In this document: piece by piece, positions 21,780-31,344 of the stretch
Numbering within the stretch: the first letter of the stretch is position 1
How the letters are laid out: each line of letters begins with the position of its first letter
Assembly: GCA_046541875.1 (NCBI GenBank)
Contig: JBKHCL010000001.1
Coordinates: 1,596 to 65,595, forward strand
Source of the DNA: Phycisphaerae bacterium
GTDB lineage: Bacteria; Planctomycetota; Phycisphaerae; SM23-33
Length of the DNA: 64,000 nt
Reading direction: 5' to 3'
The notes under the pieces: model-generated
Seen by the model: only the letters and a program-made list of their open reading frames with translations
What the model was told of the DNA's origin: nothing
Databases searched by the model: none
Position numbers and translations under genes: made by a program

Positions 21780-22949
21780 ATGAATACGCTCAGAGCAGGA
21801 ATCGTGGCTGTGCTGGTGGCGACGACGACGGGGGGCGCCCTGGCCAAGCCCGCCACCGCGAAGCTGCAGAAGGCACTGGACACGCCCGTGAACTTCGTGG
21901 TCGAGGAGGCGGCGCCGATCGGCGAGGTGTTCTCCCGGCTGGAGAAGGAGACCGGCGCGCGCATCGCCCTTCACGACGACGCCCTGGAGTTTCTTCCCTA
22001 TGGTGAGCAGACGCGGCTGAAGGTGACGCTCAAGAACATCAAGCTTTCCAAGGCGTTGGACCGTGTGCTCAGCCAGCAGGCCCTGCAGTGGAAGCGGGAT
22101 GGGGATACCATCCGGATTCTGCCGACCGACGCGCTGTATCGTCTCGGGCGGCGGGCGAGCTTCGATGAACTCCGCCTGCTGGGCGTGATCCACTCGACGC
22201 GCATCCCGGCTGAGAAGTCCGCCGACGAGGTCCGCAAGACCTTCGCCGCTCTCAGCGGGCTGGACGAGGTCGTCCTGAAGTTCCGCGTATATCCCTACGA
22301 GCTCAAGAAGGAGCTCTCGGAGGTTCAGGCCGACGCGATGAAACGCGCGGCGATGGCGCTGCCGGGCACCGGGGCCGACTGGCTGAACATGCTCTGCCAC
22401 GGGATGGACTGGACGTGGTATGTTCAGGGGGAACAAGTGGTTATCCTCGATAAGTCCGCCCAGGTCCGCCGACAGCTCCAACGGCAGGTCTCCGTTGCGT
22501 ATCGCAAGGCGGCGCTGCAGGACGTTCTGTTCGACCTGGCGGGCAAGGCGCGGGTCGAACTGAAGATGTCTCCCGGTGTGATGCGGCAGGTCCCCGAGCA
22601 GGCCAGGAGCAATCTGAACCTCATCATGGAGGAGGCGACGGTATCCCAGGCGCTGCAGGCCATCAGCGGCGCGACCGGGTTGAAGTTCACCCCCGCCGGT
22701 GAGGGGTTGAAAGTCGAGGCATCCAAGGCGATCAAGGACGACGATCAGCCGCGGCGCGACCGGCCTCCGTTCTTCCTGCGGATGTCCATGCCCCTCAAGG
22801 ACGGGACCAACGTCGACGTGTTCATGCGGCCTGACGACATGCCCGAGGAGGTCGTGGAGTACGTCCTCAAGCGAAAGGGCGACATGGTTCGTTTGCTTCA
22901 GGAAGAGGCGAAGGCTACCCACACCTCCGGCGTGAACGACAAGGACTAG
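21780..22949 (+). CDS. Hypothetical secreted protein with two STN/secretin-N-like repeats
   Basis: AAAGGATGGA SD before ATG 21780, with a signal peptide. Two similar modules are present (VNFVVEEAAPIGEVFSRLEKETGARIAL... and VSVAYRKAALQDVLFDLAGKARVEL...). Confidence 0.5.
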   Translation: MNTLRAGIVAVLVATTTGGALAKPATAKLQKALDTPVNFVVEEAAPIGEVFSRLEKETGARIALHDDALEFLPYGEQTRLKVTLKNIKLSKALDRVLSQQALQWKRDGDTIRILPTDALYRLGRRASFDELRLLGVIHSTRIPAEKSADEVRKTFAALSGLDEVVLKFRVYPYELKKELSEVQADAMKRAAMALPGTGADWLNMLCHGMDWTWYVQGEQVVILDKSAQVRRQLQRQVSVAYRKAALQDVLFDLAGKARVELKMSPGVMRQVPEQARSNLNLIMEEATVSQALQAISGATGLKFTPAGEGLKVEASKAIKDDDQPRRDRPPFFLRMSMPLKDGTNVDVFMRPDDMPEEVVEYVLKRKGDMVRLLQEEAKATHTSGVNDKD

Positions 22950-23302
22950 CCCGCAAGCGTAAGCGACATGCATAAGCCCCCAGCGTAAGCTGGGCGATGG
23001 CGTGATCGTAAGTCTTGTGAAAAGAAGCATCTATACGCGGCCGATCCCTTGGCTCCCGGCGGGGGCTTCATGCGCTGACCTTCATTTCCGCGGTTGATCC
23101 CCGTTTCCCGGCGGGGGATTTGCAGTGCGCGGCGGCAGGGGGGTGTGCGTCCTGCCAAAACGTGCCCCCGACCCGGCCGATCCGGCAGGATCGGCAGAAT
23201 TCCGGGCGGGTCACGGCTACCTGGAAATCCGTAAGAGACTACTATGTAGTTACTTGTACGCTGTGGCACCGGGCTTGCAATAACCTCTGTCGGACAAACT
23301 GT

Positions 23303-23776
23303 ATGGTGACGCGTCGAGAAGCGGCGCGAGGCAGGTTCACGATGACGACCCGGACCAGGCGAGACAAACCGTTGGACGTCGTGGTCACCGGCGAGGCCGA
23401 GAGTTGGCTGCCGGCGCTGGAGACCGTTGTCGGCCCGCGTTTTATCAATGCGTGGAAGGCGGACAACGAGCGAGAACTGCTGGACGCGGTCGAGCGAGGT
23501 CCGGCAGAGGCGGCCGTCCTGGACGAAGGCGTCCACAGCGAGGTGCCCGTGCTGCAGATGCTTCGGCTGATTCGGCGGGTCAAGCCTCGCATGCCCGTGA
23601 TCGTGGTGACCACCCACACCGACCGTCGATGGCTGGAAAACGCATTGCGGCTGGCGGCCTTCAGCGTGGTGACCAAGCCGATGGGCTTTGAGTTGCTCCT
23701 GCGGCAGCTTCAGCGGGTGATGAATCGTCTGGACCGCACGCTCCGCGAGGGCGGACCCATGGGGAACCGCAACTGA
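23303..23776 (+). CDS. Stand-alone CheY-like receiver-domain protein with a degenerate acidic pocket
   Basis: The receiver-like pattern VVVTGEA...AAVLDEGV...VIVVTTH...VVTKP retains the Asp, Thr and Lys positions but lacks the N-terminal DD pair. ATG at 23303 or 23342. Confidence 0.55.
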   Translation: MVTRREAARGRFTMTTRTRRDKPLDVVVTGEAESWLPALETVVGPRFINAWKADNERELLDAVERGPAEAAVLDEGVHSEVPVLQMLRLIRRVKPRMPVIVVTTHTDRRWLENALRLAAFSVVTKPMGFELLLRQLQRVMNRLDRTLREGGPMGNRN

Positions 23777-23864
23777 TGGTGAGCACCGCCCGCCCCCGGA
23801 GGCGGGTTGATGGATACCAGGAAGATAAGGAAGACCACAGACACTTTGGAAGGAGCAACGACAG

Positions 23865-24167
23865 ATGGCCAAAGGGAAACCCAAGATTCGCCCGCTGGGC
23901 GAGAAGGTTCTTGTGCAGCGACTCGAGGCGGAGCAGGTCACCAAGGGCGGCATTGTGCTGCCGGACACCGCCAAGGAGAAGCCCCAGGAAGGCACGATCA
24001 TCGCCGTGGGCGACGGAAAGCTCATGGGCGACGGTGAGCGCGCCGATCCGCAGGTGTCCAAGGGCGACCGCGTCCTGTTCACCAGCTATGCGGGCACGGA
24101 AATCAAGGTCGATGGCGAGGAATATCTGCTCATGAGCGAGTCGGATATCCTGGCTATCGTCGACTAG
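23865..24167 (+). CDS. groES: Co-chaperonin GroES
   Basis: GGAAGGAG SD. 100 aa: [12 protein letters not shown]...[22 protein letters not shown]. Confidence 0.97.
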   Translation: MAKGKPKIRPLGEKVLVQRLEAEQVTKGGIVLPDTAKEKPQEGTIIAVGDGKLMGDGERADPQVSKGDRVLFTSYAGTEIKVDGEEYLLMSESDILAIVD

Positions 24168-24208
24168 TCGAATTGTTTCCCCCAATGCAGCAGGGAGCTT
24201 GAATCACA

Positions 24209-25837
24209 ATGGCAAAGAAGAAGATTTCATTCGATGTGGAAGCGCGCGACGGCATCCGCCGGGGCGTCAAGCAGTTGGCCAGGGCGGTGAAGGTAACCCT
24301 CGGGCCCACCGGACGCGTGGTGGTTCTGGAGAAGTCCTTCGGCTCGCCGACCGTCACCAAGGACGGCGTCTCGGTCGCCAAGGAGATCGAGCTGGAAGAC
24401 GCCAACGAGAACATGGGCGCCCAGATGGTCAAGGAAGTCGCCTCCCGGACGTCCGACGTCGCCGGCGACGGAACCACCACGGCGACCATTTACGCCGAGG
24501 CGATCTTCGAGGAAGGCCTCAAGAACGTCACCGCCGGCGCCAAGGCGATGCAGCTGAAGCGCGGAATCGAAAAGGGCGTCGACGCCGTCGTCGAGGAACT
24601 GGCCAAGCTCTCCAACCCCATCAAGGGGTCCAAGGAGATCGCCCAGGTCGGCACGTGCGCCGCCAACCAGGACAGCGAGATCGGCAAGAAGATCGCCGAC
24701 GCGATGGACAAGGTCGGCAAGGACGGCGTGATCACCGTCGAAGAGGGCAAGGGCACGGACACCACCGTGGACCTTGTCGAGGGGATGCAGTTCGATAAGG
24801 GCTACATCTCCCCGCACTTCGTCAACAAGACCGACACGATGGAGGCTGACCTCGAAAAGCCCTTCGTGCTCGTCCACGAGAAGAAGATCTCGCAGATCAA
24901 GGACCTTGTCCCGGTGCTGGAGAAGATCGCCCAGTCCGGCCGACCTCTGGTGATTATCGCCGAGGACATCGAGGGCGAAGCGCTGGCGACCCTCGTGGTC
25001 AACAAGCTGCGAGGCACGTTGCAGACGGTGGCTGTCAAGGCTCCGGGCTTCGGCGATCGTCGCAAGGAAATGATGCAGGACATCGCCACGCTCACCGGCG
25101 GCAAGGCGATCATGGAAGACATGGGCATCAGCCTCGATGGGCTGGACATCTCCGACTTGGGCAGCGCCAAGCGCGTTCGCGTGAGCAAGGACAACACCAC
25201 CATCATCGAAGGCGGCGGCAAGACGGCCGACATCAAGGCCCGCATCGAGCAGATCAAGGGTCAGATCGAGGCGACCACCAGCGATTACGATCGCGAGAAG
25301 CTCGAAGAGCGCCTCGCCAAGCTCTCCGGCGGCGTCGCCCAGATCAACGTGGGCGCAGCCACCGAGGTCGAGATGAAGGAGAAGAAAGCCCGCGTCGAGG
25401 ACGCCCTGCACGCCTGCCGGGCGGCCGTCGAGGAAGGCATTCTCCCCGGTGGCGGCGTGGCTGTCCTGCGTGCGATCAAGGCGCTGGACAAGGTCAAAAC
25501 CGTCAGCGACGACGAAAAAACCGGCGTGGACATCATCCGCCGGGCGCTGTCGGCCCCGGTTCGCCAGTTGGCGGCCAACTCCGGGCTGGACGGGGCCATC
25601 GTCGCCGCGAAGGTCATGGAGTCCGACGACACCAACTTCGGCTACAACGCCCTGACCGGAAAGTACACCGACCTGGTCAAAGACGGCGTGATCGTGCCCA
25701 CCAAGGTGGAGCGATCGGCCCTGCAGAACGCCGCGTCCGTGGCCGGCCTGCTGCTGACCACCGACGCGATCGTCTCGGAAATCCCCGAGAAGAAGCCCGC
25801 CGGCGCCGGCGGTGGTGGCATGGAAGACATGTACTAA
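24209..25837 (+). CDS. groEL: Chaperonin GroEL
   Basis: 542 aa with canonical motifs ([14 protein letters not shown]) and a GGM-type tail [12 protein letters not shown]. Confidence 0.98.
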   Translation: MAKKKISFDVEARDGIRRGVKQLARAVKVTLGPTGRVVVLEKSFGSPTVTKDGVSVAKEIELEDANENMGAQMVKEVASRTSDVAGDGTTTATIYAEAIFEEGLKNVTAGAKAMQLKRGIEKGVDAVVEELAKLSNPIKGSKEIAQVGTCAANQDSEIGKKIADAMDKVGKDGVITVEEGKGTDTTVDLVEGMQFDKGYISPHFVNKTDTMEADLEKPFVLVHEKKISQIKDLVPVLEKIAQSGRPLVIIAEDIEGEALATLVVNKLRGTLQTVAVKAPGFGDRRKEMMQDIATLTGGKAIMEDMGISLDGLDISDLGSAKRVRVSKDNTTIIEGGGKTADIKARIEQIKGQIEATTSDYDREKLEERLAKLSGGVAQINVGAATEVEMKEKKARVEDALHACRAAVEEGILPGGGVAVLRAIKALDKVKTVSDDEKTGVDIIRRALSAPVRQLAANSGLDGAIVAAKVMESDDTNFGYNALTGKYTDLVKDGVIVPTKVERSALQNAASVAGLLLTTDAIVSEIPEKKPAGAGGGGMEDMY

Positions 25838-25868
25838 ATCGCCCGGCCGACGCTGAATCGAAGTTTCC

Positions 25869-25905
25869 GGACGCCCGCTGGTAACCCCCGCGGGCGTCCG
25901 TCTTT
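25869..25905 (+). terminator. Rho-independent terminator after groEL
   Basis: 10-bp GC stem ggacgcccgc (25869-25878) / gcgggcgtcc (25890-25899) with an 11-nt loop, followed by gtcttt. Confidence 0.7.
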
Positions 25906-26444
25906 GCGCTCGTTCCGCCAGGTCGACCAATTCGCCCTCGCCTCGGATGGATCGTAGCTTGCAGATGGGCGGATTCCGCCCCGACGGCGCGCTAAGGACA
26001 GCGCGAAGACCGATACGATGCGGGCGAACGATGGGAGAGCACATTATGGCCACGCGAGGAAAAAAGGGCAGCGTGCTGCTGCCGGACACCGCCGGTCTGA
26101 ACTTCGGGATCTGGCTGGACCCGTCGGCCGACGTCCAGACAACCAGGCCCCGGGCAGTTCCCATACCGCAAGACGCCTCCAACGCCCCCGAAACGTCCCT
26201 GGTACAGACGATGGAAGAGGTCCGGAAAGACTGGGAGAACCACCTCTACCCCCAACAGGCGGGCAGAAACAAGTAGCTATTCCACTTTCCTGACCAAACG
26301 ACCTCCGGAGACCGTTGGCTGTTGCTCTTTGAGTTTCACGCACCCCTCGCCGGGTTCGAGATGAAGCTTCTGGCGCGTCCTCATGCTTGCGGCGCATAGA
26401 ATGACCTGATGCACCGCAAGTGACACTCAAGGAAAGGACGCACC

Positions 26445-27500
26445 ATGGCATACATCGCGGACAAAGGCGAGTGCGCGAAGATTCTCTTCGTCGAGGCCGA
26501 GGAGTGGGAACGCACCAAGCTCGTCGAAAAGTGCGGCTGCGGCGAGGACGTCCCGTGGACGGCCAAGCGTTTCGAGAACCTCACCGACGGCGAGATCCCG
26601 GACGGCACGCAGATCCTCAGTCCGTTCGTGGAGAGCGACCTGTCGGCCGACCAGCTCCGGCGCGTCCCGGAGCTCAAGCTGGTCGCCACTCGCACGACCG
26701 GGTATGACCACATCGACCTGGACTACTGCAACGAGAATGGCATCGTCGTGAGCAACGTGCCCGACTATGGCGACAACACGGTCGCCGAGCACACCTTTGC
26801 GCTGATTCTCGCCCTGACGCGCAAAATCCCGCAGACCTACGATCGGGTGATCCGCGGCAATTTCGACATCGGCGGGTTGCGCGGGATCGATCTTCGCGGC
26901 CGAACGTTCGGCGCGATCGGGGCCGGCAACATCGCCCAGCATGCCCTGCGGATTGCCGTGGGGTTCTCCATGCGCGCGATCGCCTTTGACATCCAGCCCC
27001 GCGAGGAACTGGCCAGGGAAATCGGCTTTGAATACGTGGACATGGATCAACTGCTGCGCGACTCGGACATCGTCAGCCTGCACGTGCCCTACAACGAGCA
27101 CACCCACCATCTCATCGACGCCGACGCGATGGAGAAAATGAAGGACACCGCCATTCTCATCAACACCGCCCGTGGCGGCATCGTGGATCCGCAGGCACTG
27201 TTGGAAGCACTGCGAAGCGGCAAGCTCGGCGGAGCGGGGCTGGACGTGCTCGAAGCGGAGCACGCCATCGGCGAGGAGGCCGAGCTGCTGTCCAGCTCGT
27301 TCGATACCGACAAGCTCACCAACATCGTCCGCTCCCACGCGCTGATGCGAATGGACAACGTCGTCATCACCCCACACATGGCCTTCAACTCCGAAGAGGC
27401 GGTCCTGCGGATTATTGAAACGACCGTCGAGAACATCCACCGCTTCCTGGAGGACAAGCCGCAGAACGTGGTCAACGACCCCCAGGGCGTGGAAGTCTGA
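26445..27500 (+). CDS. D-isomer-specific 2-hydroxyacid dehydrogenase (D-lactate-dehydrogenase-like)
   Basis: AAGGAAAGGA SD. KLVATRTTGYDHIDLDYC..., FGAIGAGNIAQ NAD motif, and TPHMAFNS. Confidence 0.85.
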   Translation: MAYIADKGECAKILFVEAEEWERTKLVEKCGCGEDVPWTAKRFENLTDGEIPDGTQILSPFVESDLSADQLRRVPELKLVATRTTGYDHIDLDYCNENGIVVSNVPDYGDNTVAEHTFALILALTRKIPQTYDRVIRGNFDIGGLRGIDLRGRTFGAIGAGNIAQHALRIAVGFSMRAIAFDIQPREELAREIGFEYVDMDQLLRDSDIVSLHVPYNEHTHHLIDADAMEKMKDTAILINTARGGIVDPQALLEALRSGKLGGAGLDVLEAEHAIGEEAELLSSSFDTDKLTNIVRSHALMRMDNVVITPHMAFNSEEAVLRIIETTVENIHRFLEDKPQNVVNDPQGVEV

Positions 27501-27518
27501 CGGAGGTGGATCCGCTTC

Positions 27519-27540
27519 GGGCCGGGCCCATATCCGGCCC
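27519..27540. terminator. GC hairpin between convergent genes (possible bidirectional terminator, no U-tract)
   Basis: 7-bp stem gggccgg (27519-27525) / ccggccc (27534-27540) with an 8-nt loop, within the 61-bp convergent spacer. Confidence 0.3.
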
Positions 27541-27561
27541 GCGCGCGGCAGCAACGGATGG

Positions 27562-28755
27562 TCAGTCGACGTGGAGCAGTTCGTCGAGCACCCAGCGGTA
27601 CTCCCGGGCGATGCTCTCGTCGACCGGCAGGGCGCGCATGCCCTCGGGCAGGACGTCGAAGGTGTAGGTCTCGATCTCCAGGTGGGCACACTCGCCGCCG
27701 CCGAGCAGAACCGCGGCGTCGCCCAGCATATCCTCCCGCGTGGACCGCAATGGCCCGTCGCCCTCCCAGTGCAGGGGCACGTGGAAATGCACGCGCCATT
27801 GCGCGTTGTCGCGAGGCCCGTGGGCCAGGGCGGCCGGCAGATCCGGGTAGGTGTGCATGTCTCCGGCGGGGCTGCGCGTGTTGACCTGGTGCAGATACGT
27901 CTCGTCGCGGAAGGGCCCAAGACGGTGGTCGACGGCAGATGCGTCGCACGCCAGGGCGGCTGAGAGTTGCACCTTCGCCAGACGAACGCCCATCGATCGC
28001 AGCTTCCCCATGGCGTCGGAGGGGTCTCGAAACGCGACGGCCTCGTGCGCGGTATCCAGGCAGACGCCCACATGACGGGTGAGCAGGGCGTCGGCGAGCT
28101 CTTCCTCCATGCCGAAGTTCAGCCTGAGGAAATCCCGGCCGACGGACCGCGCCGGGCCGGTGAGGAACTCCGCCGCCTCCTGGGCCGTCTCCAGCAGGCA
28201 ATCCGGCTCGGGCTCCAGCGCCAGGACGATCTCCCGCCCCGTTTGACGACGCAGACGCGCCAGGTACGTGGCCACCTCGGCCAGGCGAAGGGTGATCTGC
28301 TCGATGTCCGCGTCATCCTCGATCCAGTCCCGATACGAGCCGGGAACCGTCGAGATGCTCCCGACTACGCCCTCGGGAAGCAACGCAGCGAGAATATCCG
28401 CCAGCGCGAGGGTGTAGTCCCGCCGCTCGGTCGTTCGCCAGTCGGGTCGATACACCGCCGCCTTGACGGCTGTCTCGTGGAACCTGCCGTACGGAAAGCC
28501 GTTGATGGTGAACACGTAGAGATCGTGGGCATCCAGAAAGGCCCGCAACTCGGCGAGTCTGTGAGGGTGGTTCAGTTCGTCGGCGGCGCGAGCGGACAGC
28601 CGCAACCCCAGCCCGAACCGCGAACCCGGCGCCACGAGATCGCGGACGGCTGTGGCGTGTGTGCGGATCGCCTGGAAGTTCTCCTCCCAGCTCTCGCCGG
28701 GGTGGATGTTGAGGCAGTAAGTCAGATGGACCGCCGGCGACTCGGAGACAATCAT
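27562..28755 (-). CDS. eboE: Xylose-isomerase-like TIM-barrel protein, EboE family (metabolite traffic protein EboE)
   Basis: LTYCLNIHPGESW, INGFPYGRFH, VYRPDW, GSISTVPGSY, LEPEPDCLLET, YLHQV, WRVHFHVPLH and LEIETYTFDVLP match my recollection of EboE signatures. The ATG overlaps the upstream TGA (ATGA at 28752-28755). Confidence 0.75.
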   Translation of the reverse strand: MIVSESPAVHLTYCLNIHPGESWEENFQAIRTHATAVRDLVAPGSRFGLGLRLSARAADELNHPHRLAELRAFLDAHDLYVFTINGFPYGRFHETAVKAAVYRPDWRTTERRDYTLALADILAALLPEGVVGSISTVPGSYRDWIEDDADIEQITLRLAEVATYLARLRRQTGREIVLALEPEPDCLLETAQEAAEFLTGPARSVGRDFLRLNFGMEEELADALLTRHVGVCLDTAHEAVAFRDPSDAMGKLRSMGVRLAKVQLSAALACDASAVDHRLGPFRDETYLHQVNTRSPAGDMHTYPDLPAALAHGPRDNAQWRVHFHVPLHWEGDGPLRSTREDMLGDAAVLLGGGECAHLEIETYTFDVLPEGMRALPVDESIAREYRWVLDELLHVD

Positions 28756-29978
28756 TTCGCGTTCCGCCGCTGGTCTCGGGCACGGAGCCAATCGATACCG
28801 TCGCGGATCGCCGACGGATCCATTTCGTGGACCTCGATCTTTCTGCCGATCCCGTCGGGCAGGGTAATCGTCAGTACCCCGCCGAGGTGTTCGCGGAAGT
28901 CCTCCAGCCCGCCAAGCAACGCCGGTCGACCGGCCTGGTCGGTCGAATCCAGCAGCGCACTCCACGTCGGCAGGTCGCACGCTTCCAATGCCGAGACGAT
29001 CTGTTCGAGCTCGTCGCTGTTGAGCAGCCCGGTGCGCTGGGCGTAGCAGGAGTCCAGGGCGATGCCGATTGATACCGCCTGGCCGTGCCCGAGGCGGTAT
29101 CCGCTGAGCACCTCCAGCTTGTGTCCCGCCCAGTGGCCGAAATCCAACGGCCTGGCCGAGCCGAACTCGAACGGGTCGCCGGAAGTGCGAATGTGCTCCA
29201 GGTGCAGCTCGGCGCAGCGGCGGACGACCTCGGCCATCACGTCCAGGTCGCGATTCACCAGGGCCGGGCCGCTCTGTTGCAGCATCTCCAGCAGCGCCCG
29301 GTCGCGGATGATGGCCACCTTGAACGCCTCAGCCACTCCGCCCAACCAGTCGCGTTGCGTGAGCGTGGGCAGGAACTCCCGGTCGTTGATGACGGCCAGA
29401 GGCGGGGCGAAAGTGCCCACGAAGTTCTTCTGGCCGTGTTCGTTCATTCCGTTTTTCACGCCGATTCCCGCGTCGTTCTGGGCCAGCGTGGTCGTGGGAA
29501 TCCGCACCAGTCGGACGCCGCGATGAATCACCGACGCCGCGAAGCCGACCATGTCCAGTACGCTTCCGCCACCGACGGCGACGATGGTGCTCTGGCGGTC
29601 GAGGTGCACGCTGCCGGCAGTCCATAGAATGTCCCGGACGGTGTCCCATGAGTTCTTGGCGTCCTCCCCGCCGGGAACCGTCTGGGGCGGGGCGGCCAAC
29701 TCCAGCCGATCGCCACGGGCGTGGAAATATTCCTTGATGCGGTTGGTCAGTGTCGGATGCGCCTCGGCGAGGCCGTCGTCCACATAGACCAGCGCGCGGG
29801 CCGGACGCTTCGGCGTGGCGGCGGTAAGCGAGTCGGCCAACAACTCATTGCGGGGGTGGAAGACGTTGCTCGTGAAATGCACGTCGTACGCGAAGGCGAC
29901 CTCGATGCGTTGCTGAATGACGGACGTCTGCTCGGGCGCGCTGCTCCGGGACGGCTGGGGGGGCGTGTTGGGGGTCAT
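28752..29978 (-). CDS. 3-dehydroquinate-synthase-like sugar-phosphate cyclase (EboD-like)
   Basis: GGGSVLDMVGFAASVIHRGVRLVRIPTTTLAQNDAGIGVKNG and the His-rich metal site HWAGHKLE...LGHGQAVSIG are typical of the DHQS/sugar-phosphate-cyclase superfamily. Confidence 0.8.
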   Translation of the reverse strand: MTPNTPPQPSRSSAPEQTSVIQQRIEVAFAYDVHFTSNVFHPRNELLADSLTAATPKRPARALVYVDDGLAEAHPTLTNRIKEYFHARGDRLELAAPPQTVPGGEDAKNSWDTVRDILWTAGSVHLDRQSTIVAVGGGSVLDMVGFAASVIHRGVRLVRIPTTTLAQNDAGIGVKNGMNEHGQKNFVGTFAPPLAVINDREFLPTLTQRDWLGGVAEAFKVAIIRDRALLEMLQQSGPALVNRDLDVMAEVVRRCAELHLEHIRTSGDPFEFGSARPLDFGHWAGHKLEVLSGYRLGHGQAVSIGIALDSCYAQRTGLLNSDELEQIVSALEACDLPTWSALLDSTDQAGRPALLGGLEDFREHLGGVLTITLPDGIGRKIEVHEMDPSAIRDGIDWLRARDQRRNAK

Positions 29979-30045
29979 AGTACTCCGTTGAACTCCTGCG
30001 GCGGCCTACCTTTTATACGCTCGGGCGGGCAAAAGGTTCCAGTGT

Positions 30046-31344
30046 TCATCCCTCCAGCCAGGCCCGCACGAACTGGGAAAGGTCCACCAGGTCGGCCGGC
30101 TGGGAGGACAGCGGAAGCGTGGTGGCGTAGGCGATCTCCCTGCCGGGCCCGACGCGGCCATGGGTTCCGCCGATGCGGGTGGTGTCCTGACTGACGGACA
30201 CGGGCGGCCAACCGAAGAACAGTTCGCACGGGTCGAACCCGGGTTTGTTGTGAATGTCGATGTGGCGGGCGAAGTCCGGGGCGTGGCGTTTGCCGGTCCA
30301 CCACGGGTACGCCAGCCACGTGTTGGCCGCCGCGATCAGCACCAGTTCGCCGCTGTTGGGGTGGTCCAGCCCGCGTTTGGCCTTGTCCGCGCCGCCGAGG
30401 ATTTCCTCGACGCCGGCGACCTCCGAGAGCACCGCTTCCACGCGTTCGATGTCACGCCGGTCGGGAATGTAGACGTGGGCGATCTCGTGGTCCACCATGG
30501 CAAAGGCGGACGAGCGGTGCAGGTCCGGGTACAGGCGCCCGGCGACGTCGCGCAGCGTCAGCAGTCCGGCGTCGGCGAGCACGCGGTTGGGATACGTCGC
30601 GCCTCCCTCGTCGGCCGGCGCGATGGCGTAATCGCCGACGATGAGCACCTCGTGTCCGCTACGACGGGCGGCCGTCAGGAGCGTCTCCAACTGCTGGAAC
30701 GTTCGATCCAGCGCGGCGACGGCGGGGGGGTGGTCCGGGCCGACGCGTTGCAGATCGTAGTCCAGGCTCGGCAGGTAGGTCAGCAGCAGGTCCGGGCGGA
30801 GTTGGGGGTCATGGAGAACCTCGGCGACCGACGCGGCGATCCAGTCGCCGACCTTCGCATGGGCCAGCGGGCCCCAGTAGCGGTGCAGCTTGAACTTGCC
30901 GCCCATCCGACGGACCAACTCCGGGTAGAGTGTCGCGGGCAGCGAGTAGCAGTCCATGACCATCCCGCCCCCGTGCGTGTGGATCGGGGCGGGGGTCAAC
31001 AGCAGGTCCACCTCTTCGCCCATCGACTGCTGCCAGAACATCATGCCCACCCGGCCGCCGTTTTCGCGGAAGGTGCTCCAGATCCGCTCGCCTTCCACCA
31101 GTCGGGCGGATTGCTCCCAGAACATGACCTTGCGGAGGTCGCGGAAGTATCGTCCGTTGGCGACCATCCCATGCCCTGCCGGCAGTTGGGCGGTTCGCAG
31201 CGACGCCTGGGCGGTACACGTCACGGCCGGGAATACGGCGGCCGACGGGAGAAAGGTCAGCCCCTGCCAGTCCAGTCGATCCGCGGTGCGGAGCAGGTCG
31301 TACCCCAAGGCAGCTACGTTCACGATGAGCAGCTTACGGTCCAT
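30046..31344 (-). CDS. Alkaline-phosphatase-superfamily nucleotide pyrophosphatase/phosphodiesterase (EboF-like)
   Basis: The N-terminus LLIVNVAALGYDLL...FPAVTCTAQASLRTAQLPAGHGMVANG carries the Thr nucleophile context. ...GDYAI...DHEIAHVY... also fits the type I phosphodiesterase family. Confidence 0.7.
   Translation of the reverse strand: MDRKLLIVNVAALGYDLLRTADRLDWQGLTFLPSAAVFPAVTCTAQASLRTAQLPAGHGMVANGRYFRDLRKVMFWEQSARLVEGERIWSTFRENGGRVGMMFWQQSMGEEVDLLLTPAPIHTHGGGMVMDCYSLPATLYPELVRRMGGKFKLHRYWGPLAHAKVGDWIAASVAEVLHDPQLRPDLLLTYLPSLDYDLQRVGPDHPPAVAALDRTFQQLETLLTAARRSGHEVLIVGDYAIAPADEGGATYPNRVLADAGLLTLRDVAGRLYPDLHRSSAFAMVDHEIAHVYIPDRRDIERVEAVLSEVAGVEEILGGADKAKRGLDHPNSGELVLIAAANTWLAYPWWTGKRHAPDFARHIDIHNKPGFDPCELFFGWPPVSVSQDTTRIGGTHGRVGPGREIAYATTLPLSSQPADLVDLSQFVRAWLEG

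Noticed and set aside
23777-23864. Searched for a CIRCE (HrcA) operator upstream of groES
   Set aside because: No TTAGCACTC-N9-GAGTGCTAA-like inverted repeat is present. Only a short GC hairpin was found.
21006-26182. Long minus-strand ORFs 21006-23030, 22946-24082 and 24227-26182
   Set aside because: They are antisense to the anti-sigma/secreted protein genes, the receiver gene and groEL. The groEL and groES assignments on the plus strand are unambiguous.
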